DNA from: Porticoccaceae bacterium
GTDB lineage: Bacteria > Pseudomonadota > Gammaproteobacteria > Pseudomonadales > Porticoccaceae
Length of the DNA: 64,000 nt
Reading direction: 5' to 3'
Assembly: GCA_023229065.1 (NCBI GenBank)
Contig: JALNZZ010000001.1
Location: 2,516 to 66,515 of the forward strand
Part shown: positions 1 through 9,204 of the stretch, piece by piece
Layout: every line of letters starts with the position of its first letter
Position numbering within the stretch: the first letter of the stretch is position 1
Made by a program: the position numbers and the translations under genes
Notes under the pieces: model-generated
The model's database searches: none
What the model saw: the letters and a program-made list of their open reading frames with translations, nothing else
Told to the model about the DNA's origin: nothing

Positions 1-4
1 CGCA

Positions 5-730
5 TCAGCACAGCCCTCCGTTGACGGCGATCACCTGGCGGGTGATGTAGGCGGCTTCGGGGGAGAGCAGAAAGCGCACCAGTGCCGCTACCTCCTCGGG
101 CTTGCCAGCACGGCGCGCCGGAATCATGGCGGCTAACTCATCGGGTACGGCGCCGTCGCTCATGTCAGTCGCGATCAGCCCCGGTGCCACGCAGTTGACG
201 GTGATTTCCCGTTTGGCCAGCTCCAGCGCCAGGGATTTGCTGGCCGCGATAACGCCGGCCTTGGCAGCGCTGTAGTTGGTTTGACCGCGATTGCCGATCA
301 GGCCGGATACCGAGGCCAGGGTGACGATGCGGCCGGGTTGGCGTCGTCGTACCATCGGCATGGTCACCGGGTGCAACACATTGTAGAAGGCATCCAGATT
401 GGTATGGATTACCGAATCCCAGTCCTCGCCAGTAAGGGCGGGAAAGGCCCCATCGCGAATGATACCGGCATTGCAAACCACACCGTAGTAAGCGCCGTGG
501 GCTTCAATGTCCGCTTCCAGCACTTCGCGACAGCGGTCGCGGTCGGCTACGTCGAACTGCAACACTCGGGCTGAGCCGCCCCGGCTCTCAATGGCGCTGC
601 GCACGGCCTCGGCATCGCTCACCTGGCTGCGGCAGTGCAGGACCAATGGGTAACCGGCAGCGGCCAGGGTCAGGGCGATGGCGCGACCGATGCCTCGGCT
701 GGAGCCGGTCACCAGTACAGTGCCGCTCAT
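5..730 (-). CDS. 3-oxoacyl-ACP reductase, SDR family (ApeQ/FabG-like ketoreductase)
   Basis: MSGTVLVTGSSRGIGRAIAL Rossmann motif and YSAAKAG catalytic Y-x3-K. I chose the ATG at 730, which forms an ATGA overlap with the upstream gene stop. The ORF-track N-terminal extension to 823 was rejected. Confidence 0.85.
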   Translation of the reverse strand: MSGTVLVTGSSRGIGRAIALTLAAAGYPLVLHCRSQVSDAEAVRSAIESRGGSARVLQFDVADRDRCREVLEADIEAHGAYYGVVCNAGIIRDGAFPALTGEDWDSVIHTNLDAFYNVLHPVTMPMVRRRQPGRIVTLASVSGLIGNRGQTNYSAAKAGVIAASKSLALELAKREITVNCVAPGLIATDMSDGAVPDELAAMIPARRAGKPEEVAALVRFLLSPEAAYITRQVIAVNGGLC

Positions 731-1188
731 TGCGGGTTCTCCTGCATGAATTCCTCGATATTCTCCGGCATGTAGACGTTGAGGTTGGCGTTGGCGGCAA
801 TATTCGGGCCGCAGATCGAACACTCGAAAACTTGCAGACCGTTAGTCCCTTCAGTAACTGCCTGCACGGATATTGCCAGCCTTGTGCCCAAGGGGAAATA
901 GGCGCAACCGGGCTCGTAGCGTCTGGTGCTCACCAAAAAGCCGATGCGCACCGGGTTGCCGGCGCGGCGGGCGTTGGCGCCAGCATAGGCGGCGATGGCC
1001 TGACCCATGTACTCGAGGCCAACCCAGCTGGGTACGCCGCGATCTTCAGCGAACAGTGACTCGGGAGTGATAGTGACACTGGCGGTCAGGCCGCTGTCGC
1101 GCACTTCGTCGACCTTGTCCAGCAATACCATGGGGGTGTCATGGGGAAGCAGATCGCGAATGGGCGGTGTTGTGCTGGTGGTGCTCAT
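727..1188 (-). CDS. hotdog-fold 3-hydroxyacyl-ACP dehydratase (ApeP-like)
   Basis: About 153 aa starting MSTTSTTPPIRDLLPHDTPMVLLDKV. Size and position between KS and KR match APE-type clusters. ATGA overlaps at both ends. Confidence 0.7.
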   Translation of the reverse strand: MSTTSTTPPIRDLLPHDTPMVLLDKVDEVRDSGLTASVTITPESLFAEDRGVPSWVGLEYMGQAIAAYAGANARRAGNPVRIGFLVSTRRYEPGCAYFPLGTRLAISVQAVTEGTNGLQVFECSICGPNIAANANLNVYMPENIEEFMQENPQ

Positions 1189-2360
1189 GGTGTTTCTCGC
1201 GTCAGGATCAGCGACAAGTTGTTGCCGCCAAAGGCGAAGGAGTTGCTCATGGCTGTCTGTACCGGGTGCTCCAAGCAACTGTGGCCGAGCCCTGTAAGCA
1301 AGGGCATGGCCGGGTCGGGCTGCCCATCCCATTGATGGGGCGGCAGTCTGCCGTCGTCGCGCTGCAGTAGTAGCCAGCACAGTAGCGCTTCAATGGCCCC
1401 CGCTGCGGCCAGAGTATGCCCGGTGAGAGGCTTGGTGGAGCTGCAGGGAGTCGCGCTACCCAGTACCCGGCTTACGGCCAGCGCTTCCACCTGGTCGTTC
1501 TGGGTTGTAGCTGTGCCGTGGAGGTTGAGATAGTCGATTTGCTCCGGTGCCAGATCGGCTCTGGCCAAGGCCTGGCGAATCGCGGCTTCGGCTCCCCTGC
1601 CCTCTGGATGCGGGGAAGAAATATGGTGGGCATCGGAACTCTCCCCCCATCCTGCCAAGCGCACTGCTCCTGGCTCCCGGGTCATCACGAACAGTGCGGC
1701 ACCTTCGCCGATATTGATGCCTCGGCGGTTGATGCTGAAGGGGTTGCAGGGGGTGTCGGCGGTGACCATCAAGGCCGAAAAACCCGCTACCGTCATGCGG
1801 CACAGGCTGTCGACGCCCCCAGCCACCACCGCATCGCACACGCCGAGTTGCAGCAGTCGCGCAGCCGAAACCAGTGCCTTGCCTCCCGAGGTGCAGGCAG
1901 ACGACACCACGGAGCAGGGACCGCCCAAGTCGAGCCAGCGGGCCAGAAAGCGTCCCGGAGCAGAGAATTCCTGGGTGCTGTAGTGGTAATCCGCAGCCAG
2001 TGCAATATCACCAGCGGCGACACTGAGCGCCGCTTCGCCTTCGGCGATACCGGAGGTGCTGGTGCCGATGACCACGCCGATGCGGTCGCGGCCGTAGCGG
2101 GCTTTGAGCTCCTCCACTACCGGCAGCAAGGGTGTCAAGGCCGCTGCCAAGAGACGGTTGTTGCGGCTGTCCTCGCCAGCGATTGTCGCTGGCGGCAGGG
2201 TTGCGTCGACTTTGCCGAGGGGCATGGCGCGCCCAGGCGAGTAAGAGTCGCTAACAGGGAGGGAAGGTGGTGTCGTGGCGAACAGGTTGCGCTCCACTTC
2301 GTCGGTGTTGGTGCCGAGGGCACAGATGACGCCAGCGTGGTTGAGATACACAGCGGTCAC
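1185..2360 (-). CDS. beta-ketoacyl-ACP synthase (ApeO-like KS)
   Basis: 391 aa with active-site SSACTSGGKAL Cys, HGTATTQND and GHTLAAAGAIE His motifs. GTG start in a GTGA overlap with the upstream stop. Confidence 0.9.
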   Translation of the reverse strand: MTAVYLNHAGVICALGTNTDEVERNLFATTPPSLPVSDSYSPGRAMPLGKVDATLPPATIAGEDSRNNRLLAAALTPLLPVVEELKARYGRDRIGVVIGTSTSGIAEGEAALSVAAGDIALAADYHYSTQEFSAPGRFLARWLDLGGPCSVVSSACTSGGKALVSAARLLQLGVCDAVVAGGVDSLCRMTVAGFSALMVTADTPCNPFSINRRGINIGEGAALFVMTREPGAVRLAGWGESSDAHHISSPHPEGRGAEAAIRQALARADLAPEQIDYLNLHGTATTQNDQVEALAVSRVLGSATPCSSTKPLTGHTLAAAGAIEALLCWLLLQRDDGRLPPHQWDGQPDPAMPLLTGLGHSCLEHPVQTAMSNSFAFGGNNLSLILTRETP

Positions 2361-2908
2361 AGAGCAGTCCTCGACAGGCTGTGGACGGTGAGAAGCATAT
2401 TCTGCCCGATATAGTCGATCTCGCGCCCGTTCTCGGTCGCTTCTGCCGTGAGGTAACGCAGGCGCACCAGCTCCTGCCCCCGCCGGCGCAGTACCCGGTG
2501 GTTGTTTTCTTCGCTGACTGTCCAGTCCGGGCCAGCGAACTCCCAGGCTGGCAGGGGTAGATGATGGAGGTAGAGTGCCAGCAGCAGCTGATGGGACAGC
2601 ACAGCGGACCAGCCAGGGGGTGCCTGCAGGGTGTGTGGGGTGCCGCCAGTATGAGACAGAGCCACCAGACGCCGCCCCAGGCCGTCGAACGCTACCAGTG
2701 TCAGCTGACCTGGAGTGAGTGCCACGGCGGCGTCGAGCGTCAGAGTTTTACCGTCGGCGGCAATCTGGACCCGCTCGCGGCTCTGCCAGCAGCAGTCGAG
2801 CTGTTGCGGCGCGGGCAGGGCCAACTGCGCCAGGCGCTGAGGAGCAGTAGTCGCACAGCCGCTGGCAAAGGCGATCAGTACAAGTAGTGCAAGCCTCTTC
2901 AACGGCAC
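2357..2908 (-). CDS. DUF3261-like lipoprotein (ApeN-like)
   Basis: Signal peptide with lipobox LIAFASGC. 183 aa. Conserved position next to the KS in APE clusters. The family assignment is from memory. Confidence 0.6.
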   Translation of the reverse strand: MPLKRLALLVLIAFASGCATTAPQRLAQLALPAPQQLDCCWQSRERVQIAADGKTLTLDAAVALTPGQLTLVAFDGLGRRLVALSHTGGTPHTLQAPPGWSAVLSHQLLLALYLHHLPLPAWEFAGPDWTVSEENNHRVLRRRGQELVRLRYLTAEATENGREIDYIGQNMLLTVHSLSRTAL

Positions 2909-4128
2909 AGTTCCGCGAGAGTGGCGAGGCGCCGCCGGGAGTCACGCACAAAGGGGTTGGCGGTGTCCCAGGCGTACCCGGCCAGGATGGAAGCGATCAT
3001 TGCCCGCACCTGTGGCTGGTGATTGGCAGCGAAGATCACTTTTTGGAAGCTGCCGTCGTACCAGCCGCTGACATAGGTGCGGAAGGTTTCTACACCCAGG
3101 CGCAAGGGCTCGGCATACTCTTGTTCCCAGTCGATGTGCTCGCCGCGCAGTTGACGAGCCACCAGAGGGGTAGCGAGGCTGGCGGATTTCATCGCGATGG
3201 TGACGCCAGAAGAAAACACCGGGTCGAGAAACTCGCCAGCATTCCCCAGCAGGGCGAAGCCGGGGCCCCACAGCGACTTGACCTTGCAGGCATAACCGCC
3301 GATCTGCCGCACCTGGGTATCAAACACAGCGTTGTTGAGCAGTGCAGATAGGTCCGGGCTCTCGGCGAGAGCGCTCTGCAGGACACTGAGCAACTGATCC
3401 TCGGCACCCTCGTCAGTGTAGTAATCCTGGCGTGCTACCACCCCTACCGAGCAGCGACCATCGCTGAAGGGGATAAGCCAGTACCAGACATCATCGAGGT
3501 CGGGGTGGATCACGATCAAAATCTTGTCTCTGTCGTGCTTGGGATCGCTGATATTGTCGGCAATATGGGTGAACACGGCTCTGCGCACGGGGAAGTCGGA
3601 GGGCAGCTCCAGGTCCAGCAGGCGTGGCAACACGCGCCCAAAGCCAGATGCATCAAGCACGAACCCGGCGCGCAGTTGATGGGGCTCGTTGCGGTCGTCA
3701 CGATAGCTCAGTACCGGCTGCCCGTCTTCGTAATGGAAGGCTTCGAGGCGGTGACCGTAGCGTACATCGGCGCCTGAGGCGGCAGCTTCGTTGGCCAGGA
3801 CATGGTCGAAGCGGGCGCGCTGAACCTGGAAGGTAGTACCCGGCCCACTGCTGAACTTGTCGCGGAAGTCAAAGGCGGTGTAGTTGCCGCTGCGCACAAA
3901 AGCGGCGCCATTCTTGTACTGAAAGCCGGCCTGATCGACAGCCTCCCCCATGCCTGCTTCGTGGATGAACTCCATGCATTGGGGCAGCAGGCTTTCACCG
4001 ATGGAGAAGCGGGGAAAGGTGGCCTGCTCAAGCACCACTACTTTTAGGCCTTGTTGGCGCAGCAGAGCCGCAGCAATAGCACCGGAAGGACCGGCGCCGA
4101 TAATGGCAACATCGGTTGTTTCAGTCAT
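2899..4128 (-). CDS. flavin-dependent halogenase-like FAD monooxygenase
   Basis: N-terminal GAGPSGAIAA dinucleotide fold, FPRFSIGESLLPQ motif, and WYWLIP (WxWxIP signature, nt 3469-3486). 409 aa. ATGA overlap with the MMPL gene stop. Confidence 0.8.
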   Translation of the reverse strand: MTETTDVAIIGAGPSGAIAAALLRQQGLKVVVLEQATFPRFSIGESLLPQCMEFIHEAGMGEAVDQAGFQYKNGAAFVRSGNYTAFDFRDKFSSGPGTTFQVQRARFDHVLANEAAASGADVRYGHRLEAFHYEDGQPVLSYRDDRNEPHQLRAGFVLDASGFGRVLPRLLDLELPSDFPVRRAVFTHIADNISDPKHDRDKILIVIHPDLDDVWYWLIPFSDGRCSVGVVARQDYYTDEGAEDQLLSVLQSALAESPDLSALLNNAVFDTQVRQIGGYACKVKSLWGPGFALLGNAGEFLDPVFSSGVTIAMKSASLATPLVARQLRGEHIDWEQEYAEPLRLGVETFRTYVSGWYDGSFQKVIFAANHQPQVRAMIASILAGYAWDTANPFVRDSRRRLATLAELCR

Positions 4129-6440
4129 GGTTGACGTCCTGTAGGCAGGGCCAGGCCCCAGAGATGGAACAACAATGGGGTGACGAGCCAGCTACACAGC
4201 AGTCCGGCAAACACGACGCTGCCGAAATGATGCAGCACCGGTACCTGGCTCAGGGAGAGCAGGCCGAAGGCCAGGATTGAGGTCGCCATCGCCAGGGTGG
4301 CGGCGACCCAGGTATCGCCATTGAGGCCGAGCTCGAGATAAAACACCGCTGTATCCACCGATAGCCCCAGTACCAGTAGCAGGGCGAGAACATGAAAGAG
4401 GGTCACCCCGCCGCTGGCGGATAATGCCAGACTGGCCGCTAACGAAACAAGCACCGAGACGGCCACCACTACTCCGTGGCGGCCAAATAATAGTGGGCAG
4501 GCAAGCGCGAACAGCGCTATGAATATTGTTAGTAGCGCTGTTACCTCGGTGCGCAGCAGCGCTAAAGTGGTAGATACATCGGTGATCAGATCCACCGCGC
4601 TGACACCGGGTAGATCAGCGGCAGCGCTATACAGGCTGGCGGGAATTTCTGTCCCGTGGCGGACCAGCACCAGGCCCTGCTGGTGGTCGCCCAGATGCAG
4701 CGGCGGGAAAAGGGCGGCTACTGCAGCTGGTACCTGATCTGGAGTCAGAGCATCCTCAGACGCCTCGTTGGTGGGGAAGCCGTTGGTCAGGGGGCGCCAC
4801 TCCTGGCAGTCACTGGCGAGCCGTGCGCAGAGACTGGCCAGGGCACCCTCTGGGCCGTAGAGCACGTTTGCCACCAAGGCGCGATCGCGGCGCTGGCGCT
4901 CCAGCGACGGCACCATTTGCACGGTGGCCATCACGGGTGACGGTGAATGTCCCTGGTTCAGTAGATCCACTAATCGCTCCATGCGGCTCAGTACCTGCTG
5001 GCGATCCTCCCCTGCTACGGTCCAGTAACGCTGGCTGTCGATGCCGCCAAGCAGGCCTTGTATCTGGTGCTCATCGGCCAACAGTGCCGCGCTGGAGGTG
5101 TTGAGCAAGCGAATATCGTCGCGCCCGCCCTGACCCGCGACCCAGAGGGCGAGTGCCGGGACGCCTATCACCAAAGCCACTAACCAGGGCCAGCGCCGCG
5201 CTGCCAGGCGTTGATAGACGGCAGCAAAATAGCGAGGGTAAAAGTGTCGCCAGACAGCAAAGGTTGGCGACGCTGGGGCCTGGTAGTTGAGCGATAGCAC
5301 CGCAGTCGCGGCACAGGCACTCAGGAGCCCCGCGACCATGAATACGGCAAACTGGTGTAGTCCAGGGAAAGGCGACCACAGTTGAATCAGATAGGCGGCG
5401 ATACTGGAGCCGGCGCTTAGCAGCACTCCGCGCCGCACCAGGCGCCAGGCGGTGCGAGAGCTTCCCGTACTCTGGTGCTTGATCAAAAAGTGAAAACAAT
5501 AGTCCACCGCCAGACCCAGCAGGGTTGAGCCGAAGGCCAGGGTTACCAGATGAACGCGGTCGAATACCGCCAGGCTTACTGCCAGAGCTGCCACTGTGGC
5601 GCTGACCAGGATGACAGCGATGGCGACTAGAGCCTGCCGGGAGCGAAACACCGCTATTACCAGCAGCAAAATACCCAGCAGCGAGCCACTGCCAATCAGG
5701 GAAATCTCGAAGCGCGCCAGGCGGGTGGCTTCGGCGGCGTGAAATACCAGCCCTGACCGGAGCAAGCGGGCCTGTGGGTCGTGACTGGCAAATGCTGCCA
5801 CCGTGTCGGCCACTGCACTCTGGGCCGTGGCCGTAAAAGGGCTGGACTCCAGTGTGCCGCGCAGCAATAACCAGCTGTAGCCATTGTTGCGCAGACTGGG
5901 AAACCCGCCGCTCATGCCGAAGTGCCCCGTGTTGCCCAGCAGGGATTGCAACCATTTGCCGCCCAGATTGAAGGGGTCTTCTGCCACGCTGTAGAGGCGC
6001 GGAGCGGGTACCGGGCTGTGGAGCTCCCGCAGTAGCTCGTCAGCCAGAGCTGCGGCATCGCCTTTCTGCAGGGCGCTGCGCATCTCGGGAGACAGCAGCT
6101 GGTGGCGGTAGGGAGCGAAAAAATCACTCAGCTCGGTGAGCGGGTCGCCGTGGGGGAGAGCCATTGAAACGCCGGGTTGTTCAGCCAGCTGGTGCTGGAG
6201 CTCAGTGGCCAGGGCGAGTGCCTTATCCGCTTCGGGGTGGGACACCAGGATGACAAACTGTTTGTCGAAACGGTCAGCGACCAGACGGGAGAAGTTCGGG
6301 CCAGTGGCAGTCTGAGGTATCAGCCCCAGAATGTTACTCTCGAAAGCGCCTCCCCCCGCCACTCGCCAGACACAATACAGCGCCGCCAGCAGTAGCAGTG
6401 CGCACCAGGCCTGTAGAGGCCACCGCCGGGCAGCTGCCAT
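4125..6440 (-). CDS. MMPL/RND-superfamily membrane exporter (ApeM-like)
   Basis: 771 aa with two blocks of multiple hydrophobic helices separated by large soluble loops. Sits beside the LolA-like gene, as in APE clusters. Confidence 0.8.
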   Translation of the reverse strand: MAAARRWPLQAWCALLLLAALYCVWRVAGGGAFESNILGLIPQTATGPNFSRLVADRFDKQFVILVSHPEADKALALATELQHQLAEQPGVSMALPHGDPLTELSDFFAPYRHQLLSPEMRSALQKGDAAALADELLRELHSPVPAPRLYSVAEDPFNLGGKWLQSLLGNTGHFGMSGGFPSLRNNGYSWLLLRGTLESSPFTATAQSAVADTVAAFASHDPQARLLRSGLVFHAAEATRLARFEISLIGSGSLLGILLLVIAVFRSRQALVAIAVILVSATVAALAVSLAVFDRVHLVTLAFGSTLLGLAVDYCFHFLIKHQSTGSSRTAWRLVRRGVLLSAGSSIAAYLIQLWSPFPGLHQFAVFMVAGLLSACAATAVLSLNYQAPASPTFAVWRHFYPRYFAAVYQRLAARRWPWLVALVIGVPALALWVAGQGGRDDIRLLNTSSAALLADEHQIQGLLGGIDSQRYWTVAGEDRQQVLSRMERLVDLLNQGHSPSPVMATVQMVPSLERQRRDRALVANVLYGPEGALASLCARLASDCQEWRPLTNGFPTNEASEDALTPDQVPAAVAALFPPLHLGDHQQGLVLVRHGTEIPASLYSAAADLPGVSAVDLITDVSTTLALLRTEVTALLTIFIALFALACPLLFGRHGVVVAVSVLVSLAASLALSASGGVTLFHVLALLLVLGLSVDTAVFYLELGLNGDTWVAATLAMATSILAFGLLSLSQVPVLHHFGSVVFAGLLCSWLVTPLLFHLWGLALPTGRQP

Positions 6441-7042
6441 TACTGGTCCGCGTGGCGAGTGGTGGTCACGCGCAGCAATAGCTCACTGCGGTCGCCGTTA
6501 GTATCGCGTATTTCCACCCGCTCGATGTGGTCACTTCCTTCCAGTAATATGCCTTCCATCTGTTGTGCCAAAGCTGGCAGGCGTGGGGTCAGGCGGAGAG
6601 TCCAGCTGTCGCCGCGGGAGGCGTGGGCGACATCAAAGTATTCTGCAAGGCGGTCGAGGTCGCCTGAGAAAACACCCAGGAAGATACCAGCCACCAGTTC
6701 CGAGGAGGGTACTGGCCGCAGGGTGCCAGTTGCGTCCCCTGCGACGACGCCGTCGGTGGGAGTAATGCGTACTTCGTTGGCGATAGGGTCGGTGGTACGC
6801 CAGACAATGCCTTCACTGCGCCGATAACGAAAGGTACCGGAGGAGTGAAGGGGCACGGCCAGCACGCTGATATGGCGAATCTGCTCGAACTCGCCGTCCA
6901 GGATGTCGATCTGAGCCAGGCGAGCAGCCAGTGACACCAGTGAGTCGTCAGCTTGCTGGTGGTCCTGCGCCCAGGCCGTGCCTCCCGCCAACAGCAGTGT
7001 CACCACCCACAGGGCGACGACGGTCAGGCACCGGTTCTTCAT
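6440..7042 (-). CDS. LolA-like outer-membrane lipoprotein carrier protein (ApeL-like)
   Basis: Start at MKNRCLTVVALWVVTLLLAGGTAWAQ (signal peptide). About 200 aa. ATGA overlap with the thioesterase stop. The longer ORF-track N-terminus was rejected. Confidence 0.7.
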   Translation of the reverse strand: MKNRCLTVVALWVVTLLLAGGTAWAQDHQQADDSLVSLAARLAQIDILDGEFEQIRHISVLAVPLHSSGTFRYRRSEGIVWRTTDPIANEVRITPTDGVVAGDATGTLRPVPSSELVAGIFLGVFSGDLDRLAEYFDVAHASRGDSWTLRLTPRLPALAQQMEGILLEGSDHIERVEIRDTNGDRSELLLRVTTTRHADQ

Positions 7043-7491
7043 GGCAGTAACCCCAACTTGCGGGTTAGCACCGGGGGTGAGGCAAGCTGCATCTCGCCGC
7101 TGTCCATGGCGACAGCTACCTGGATGGTATGCCCCTTGGTGAGTCGCTTGCCGGTGGCGAGATCGGTGATCAAGTAGTCGATGCGGAGCCGGTTTTCCCA
7201 CTCTGCAAGGGTGGCGGTTACCCGAATTTTTTGCTGAAAGCGGGCTGCCCCCACATAGCGAATACGCATGTCGATCACCGGCCAGAAATACCCTGATTCG
7301 CTCATCTGGGAGTAGTTGTAGTCGATGCGGTCGAGCAAGGCGCAGCGCGCCAGTTCGAAATACTTGCTGTAGTGGCCGTGCCAGGCAACCTGGGCAGAGT
7401 CCACATCGTGGAAGGGAATCTCGATGATGACGTCGGCGCTGGGCAAGGGCGCGTTGTCGGAGGAAGGGAGGCTATCAGGCATCTGTATCAT
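7039..7491 (-). CDS. 4HBT/YbgC-type hotdog acyl thioesterase (ApeK-like)
   Basis: 150 aa. The FHDVDSAQVAWHGHYSKYFE motif is typical of 4-hydroxybenzoyl-CoA thioesterase-fold enzymes. Confidence 0.75.
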   Translation of the reverse strand: MIQMPDSLPSSDNAPLPSADVIIEIPFHDVDSAQVAWHGHYSKYFELARCALLDRIDYNYSQMSESGYFWPVIDMRIRYVGAARFQQKIRVTATLAEWENRLRIDYLITDLATGKRLTKGHTIQVAVAMDSGEMQLASPPVLTRKLGLLP

Positions 7492-8446
7492 CTCTGCTTG
7501 TGAGAGGCGGTGGAGAAAGCTTTCTCGCCGCCGATTGCCAAAAGGGAAAGAAGTTGTACCACTGCCAGGGAGCGCTCAGGCAGTGCTGTTCGAGCTGTGT
7601 TACAAAGGCGTCGGCCAGGGCATTGCGTTGCAAGGTGCGCTCTTTACGGGGAACGGTGCCGCCCTGCCAGAGGGCCTTGAAGTGGATATGGTAGCGTCCA
7701 TTGTGCTTGAGGCTATGGATGGTCAAGACCGGCGCTTCCAGAGCTATGGCGAGGGCAAAAGGACCGAGAGGGAAAGGTGCCGGTTCACCGAGAAAGTCGC
7801 GTTCAAGGCTACGACCGTTGCCGATGGCTACCCGGTCGGCGGCGATGGCGATGAATTCACCTGCCCCGATTTTATCGCTCAGGTGCATGGCGGTTCCGAT
7901 GTCGAGATCCGTCACTTGCAGCAGCTCCACTTGCGAGTGACGATTGTGATGTGCCAGTACTTCGTTGAACTTGGCGGCGTTGAGCGTGTGCTGGAGCACT
8001 GTGAGGCGGAGTCTGGGGCGGCTTTCCGACAAGGCCTGGCAGATCTCGAAGTTGCCGAGATGGGAGATCAGGATTACGGCGCCTTGCTTGCGGTCCAGTA
8101 GATTATCGATAAGCTCGCCGCCATGCAGGGTCACCTGATAGCGGGTGATGTCGCCCATCCACACTGCGAGCTTGTCCAGCAGCGCATTGGCAAACTGCCA
8201 CAGATGGTAGATAAAGTGCCAGGGGCGCGGGGCCGGGAAGGTCGGGTCGAAGCGGTGCAAGCGGCGGCGATAGTCGGCAGATGCCAGTCGAGCCTGGCGA
8301 TGAAACAGGGCATAACACAGCACAACTGGGGCAAGGCACAGACGAAAGAGCCACACGCCGCCCAGGCGATACATTGCCACCAGTAGACGTATACCGCGCA
8401 GGGTGGCGGTTTCCGGGCGCTCGGCCCAGTGCGCCGGATCGTTCAA
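7475..8446 (-). CDS. LpxL/HtrB-like (lipid A biosynthesis-type) acyltransferase
   Basis: N-terminal HWAERPETATLRGIRLLV...LCLAPVVLCYALF, then HLGNFE (HX4E-like acyltransferase motif). Proposed TTG start at 8446 in a TTGA overlap with the GT2 stop. The start is uncertain, and the alternative is the ATG of MYRLGG. Confidence 0.65.
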   Translation of the reverse strand: MNDPAHWAERPETATLRGIRLLVAMYRLGGVWLFRLCLAPVVLCYALFHRQARLASADYRRRLHRFDPTFPAPRPWHFIYHLWQFANALLDKLAVWMGDITRYQVTLHGGELIDNLLDRKQGAVILISHLGNFEICQALSESRPRLRLTVLQHTLNAAKFNEVLAHHNRHSQVELLQVTDLDIGTAMHLSDKIGAGEFIAIAADRVAIGNGRSLERDFLGEPAPFPLGPFALAIALEAPVLTIHSLKHNGRYHIHFKALWQGGTVPRKERTLQRNALADAFVTQLEQHCLSAPWQWYNFFPFWQSAARKLSPPPLTSRDDTDA

Positions 8447-9204
8447 CGGGACTGCCCTCCCCGCTGCTGGCGTGTCAGCAGGGCCGGGATGCGCGGCAGC
8501 ATGGCGAAAAATAACCGGGCGTGCATGCGTGAAATAAGAGCGTTGTCGCGCCACAAGCGGAAATGGGATACGCCATTTTCCGGGTAGATCACGCGGGTTT
8601 GGAGTTGCTGCAAAGGGAGCCCGGCCCAGTACCAGCGCACAATGAATTCCACGTCGAAATCCATGCGGTCGCCCACCGGAGCCTGCTCCAGCAAGGTACA
8701 GGACCCGGCCAGGGGGTAGACACGAAAGCCGCACATGCCATCGCGGATTCGCGGCGACAGTGTATTGATCCAGACCCAGATGTGAGTGAGATAGCGGGCG
8801 TAGTAGCGGTGGCGTGGGACACAAGCATCGTAGGCTGGGTAGCCAGCTACCAGGGCATCGGGATGGCGCCGGGCGAGGTCTAGAAAGCGCCCCACATCGC
8901 CGGTGTCGTGCTGACCATCGGCATCGATCTGAAGAGCGTGACTGAAGCCCAGTTGGCGGGCGGTGCGCAGGCCATCCTTTACAGCCGCGCCCTTGCCGCC
9001 ATTGGCAGCACGCCGCACCAGGTGCACTTGGCTCCGAGTGCTGGCGATGGTATCAATGACTTCACGGCAGGGGGAACTGCTGCCGTCATCCACCAGTACC
9101 ACGGGTACGCCGGTGGCGAGCAGCTCGTCTACCGTGCGTGCCAACACCCTTTCATGGTTGTAGACAGGAATCACAGCGCAGGCGTGCAGGGTGTCAGATA
9201 CCAT
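8443..9204 (-). CDS. family 2 glycosyltransferase (ApeJ-like)
   Basis: Starts MVSDTLHACAVIPVYNHERV, with VLVDDGSSSP and QIDADGQHD (DxD) motifs. The long N-terminal ORF extension to 9540 was rejected because it lies inside the upstream gene. Confidence 0.8.
   Translation of the reverse strand: MVSDTLHACAVIPVYNHERVLARTVDELLATGVPVVLVDDGSSSPCREVIDTIASTRSQVHLVRRAANGGKGAAVKDGLRTARQLGFSHALQIDADGQHDTGDVGRFLDLARRHPDALVAGYPAYDACVPRHRYYARYLTHIWVWINTLSPRIRDGMCGFRVYPLAGSCTLLEQAPVGDRMDFDVEFIVRWYWAGLPLQQLQTRVIYPENGVSHFRLWRDNALISRMHARLFFAMLPRIPALLTRQQRGGQSR

Noticed and set aside
5071-5955. 294-aa alternative-frame ORF inside the MMPL gene. Similar internal same-strand ORFs occur at 12005-12562, 19122-19859, 53863-54612 and 41334-41825.
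   Set aside because: These are out-of-frame overlaps with strongly supported genes, and their translations are Arg/Pro/Gly-rich, which is typical of off-frame GC-rich sequence.
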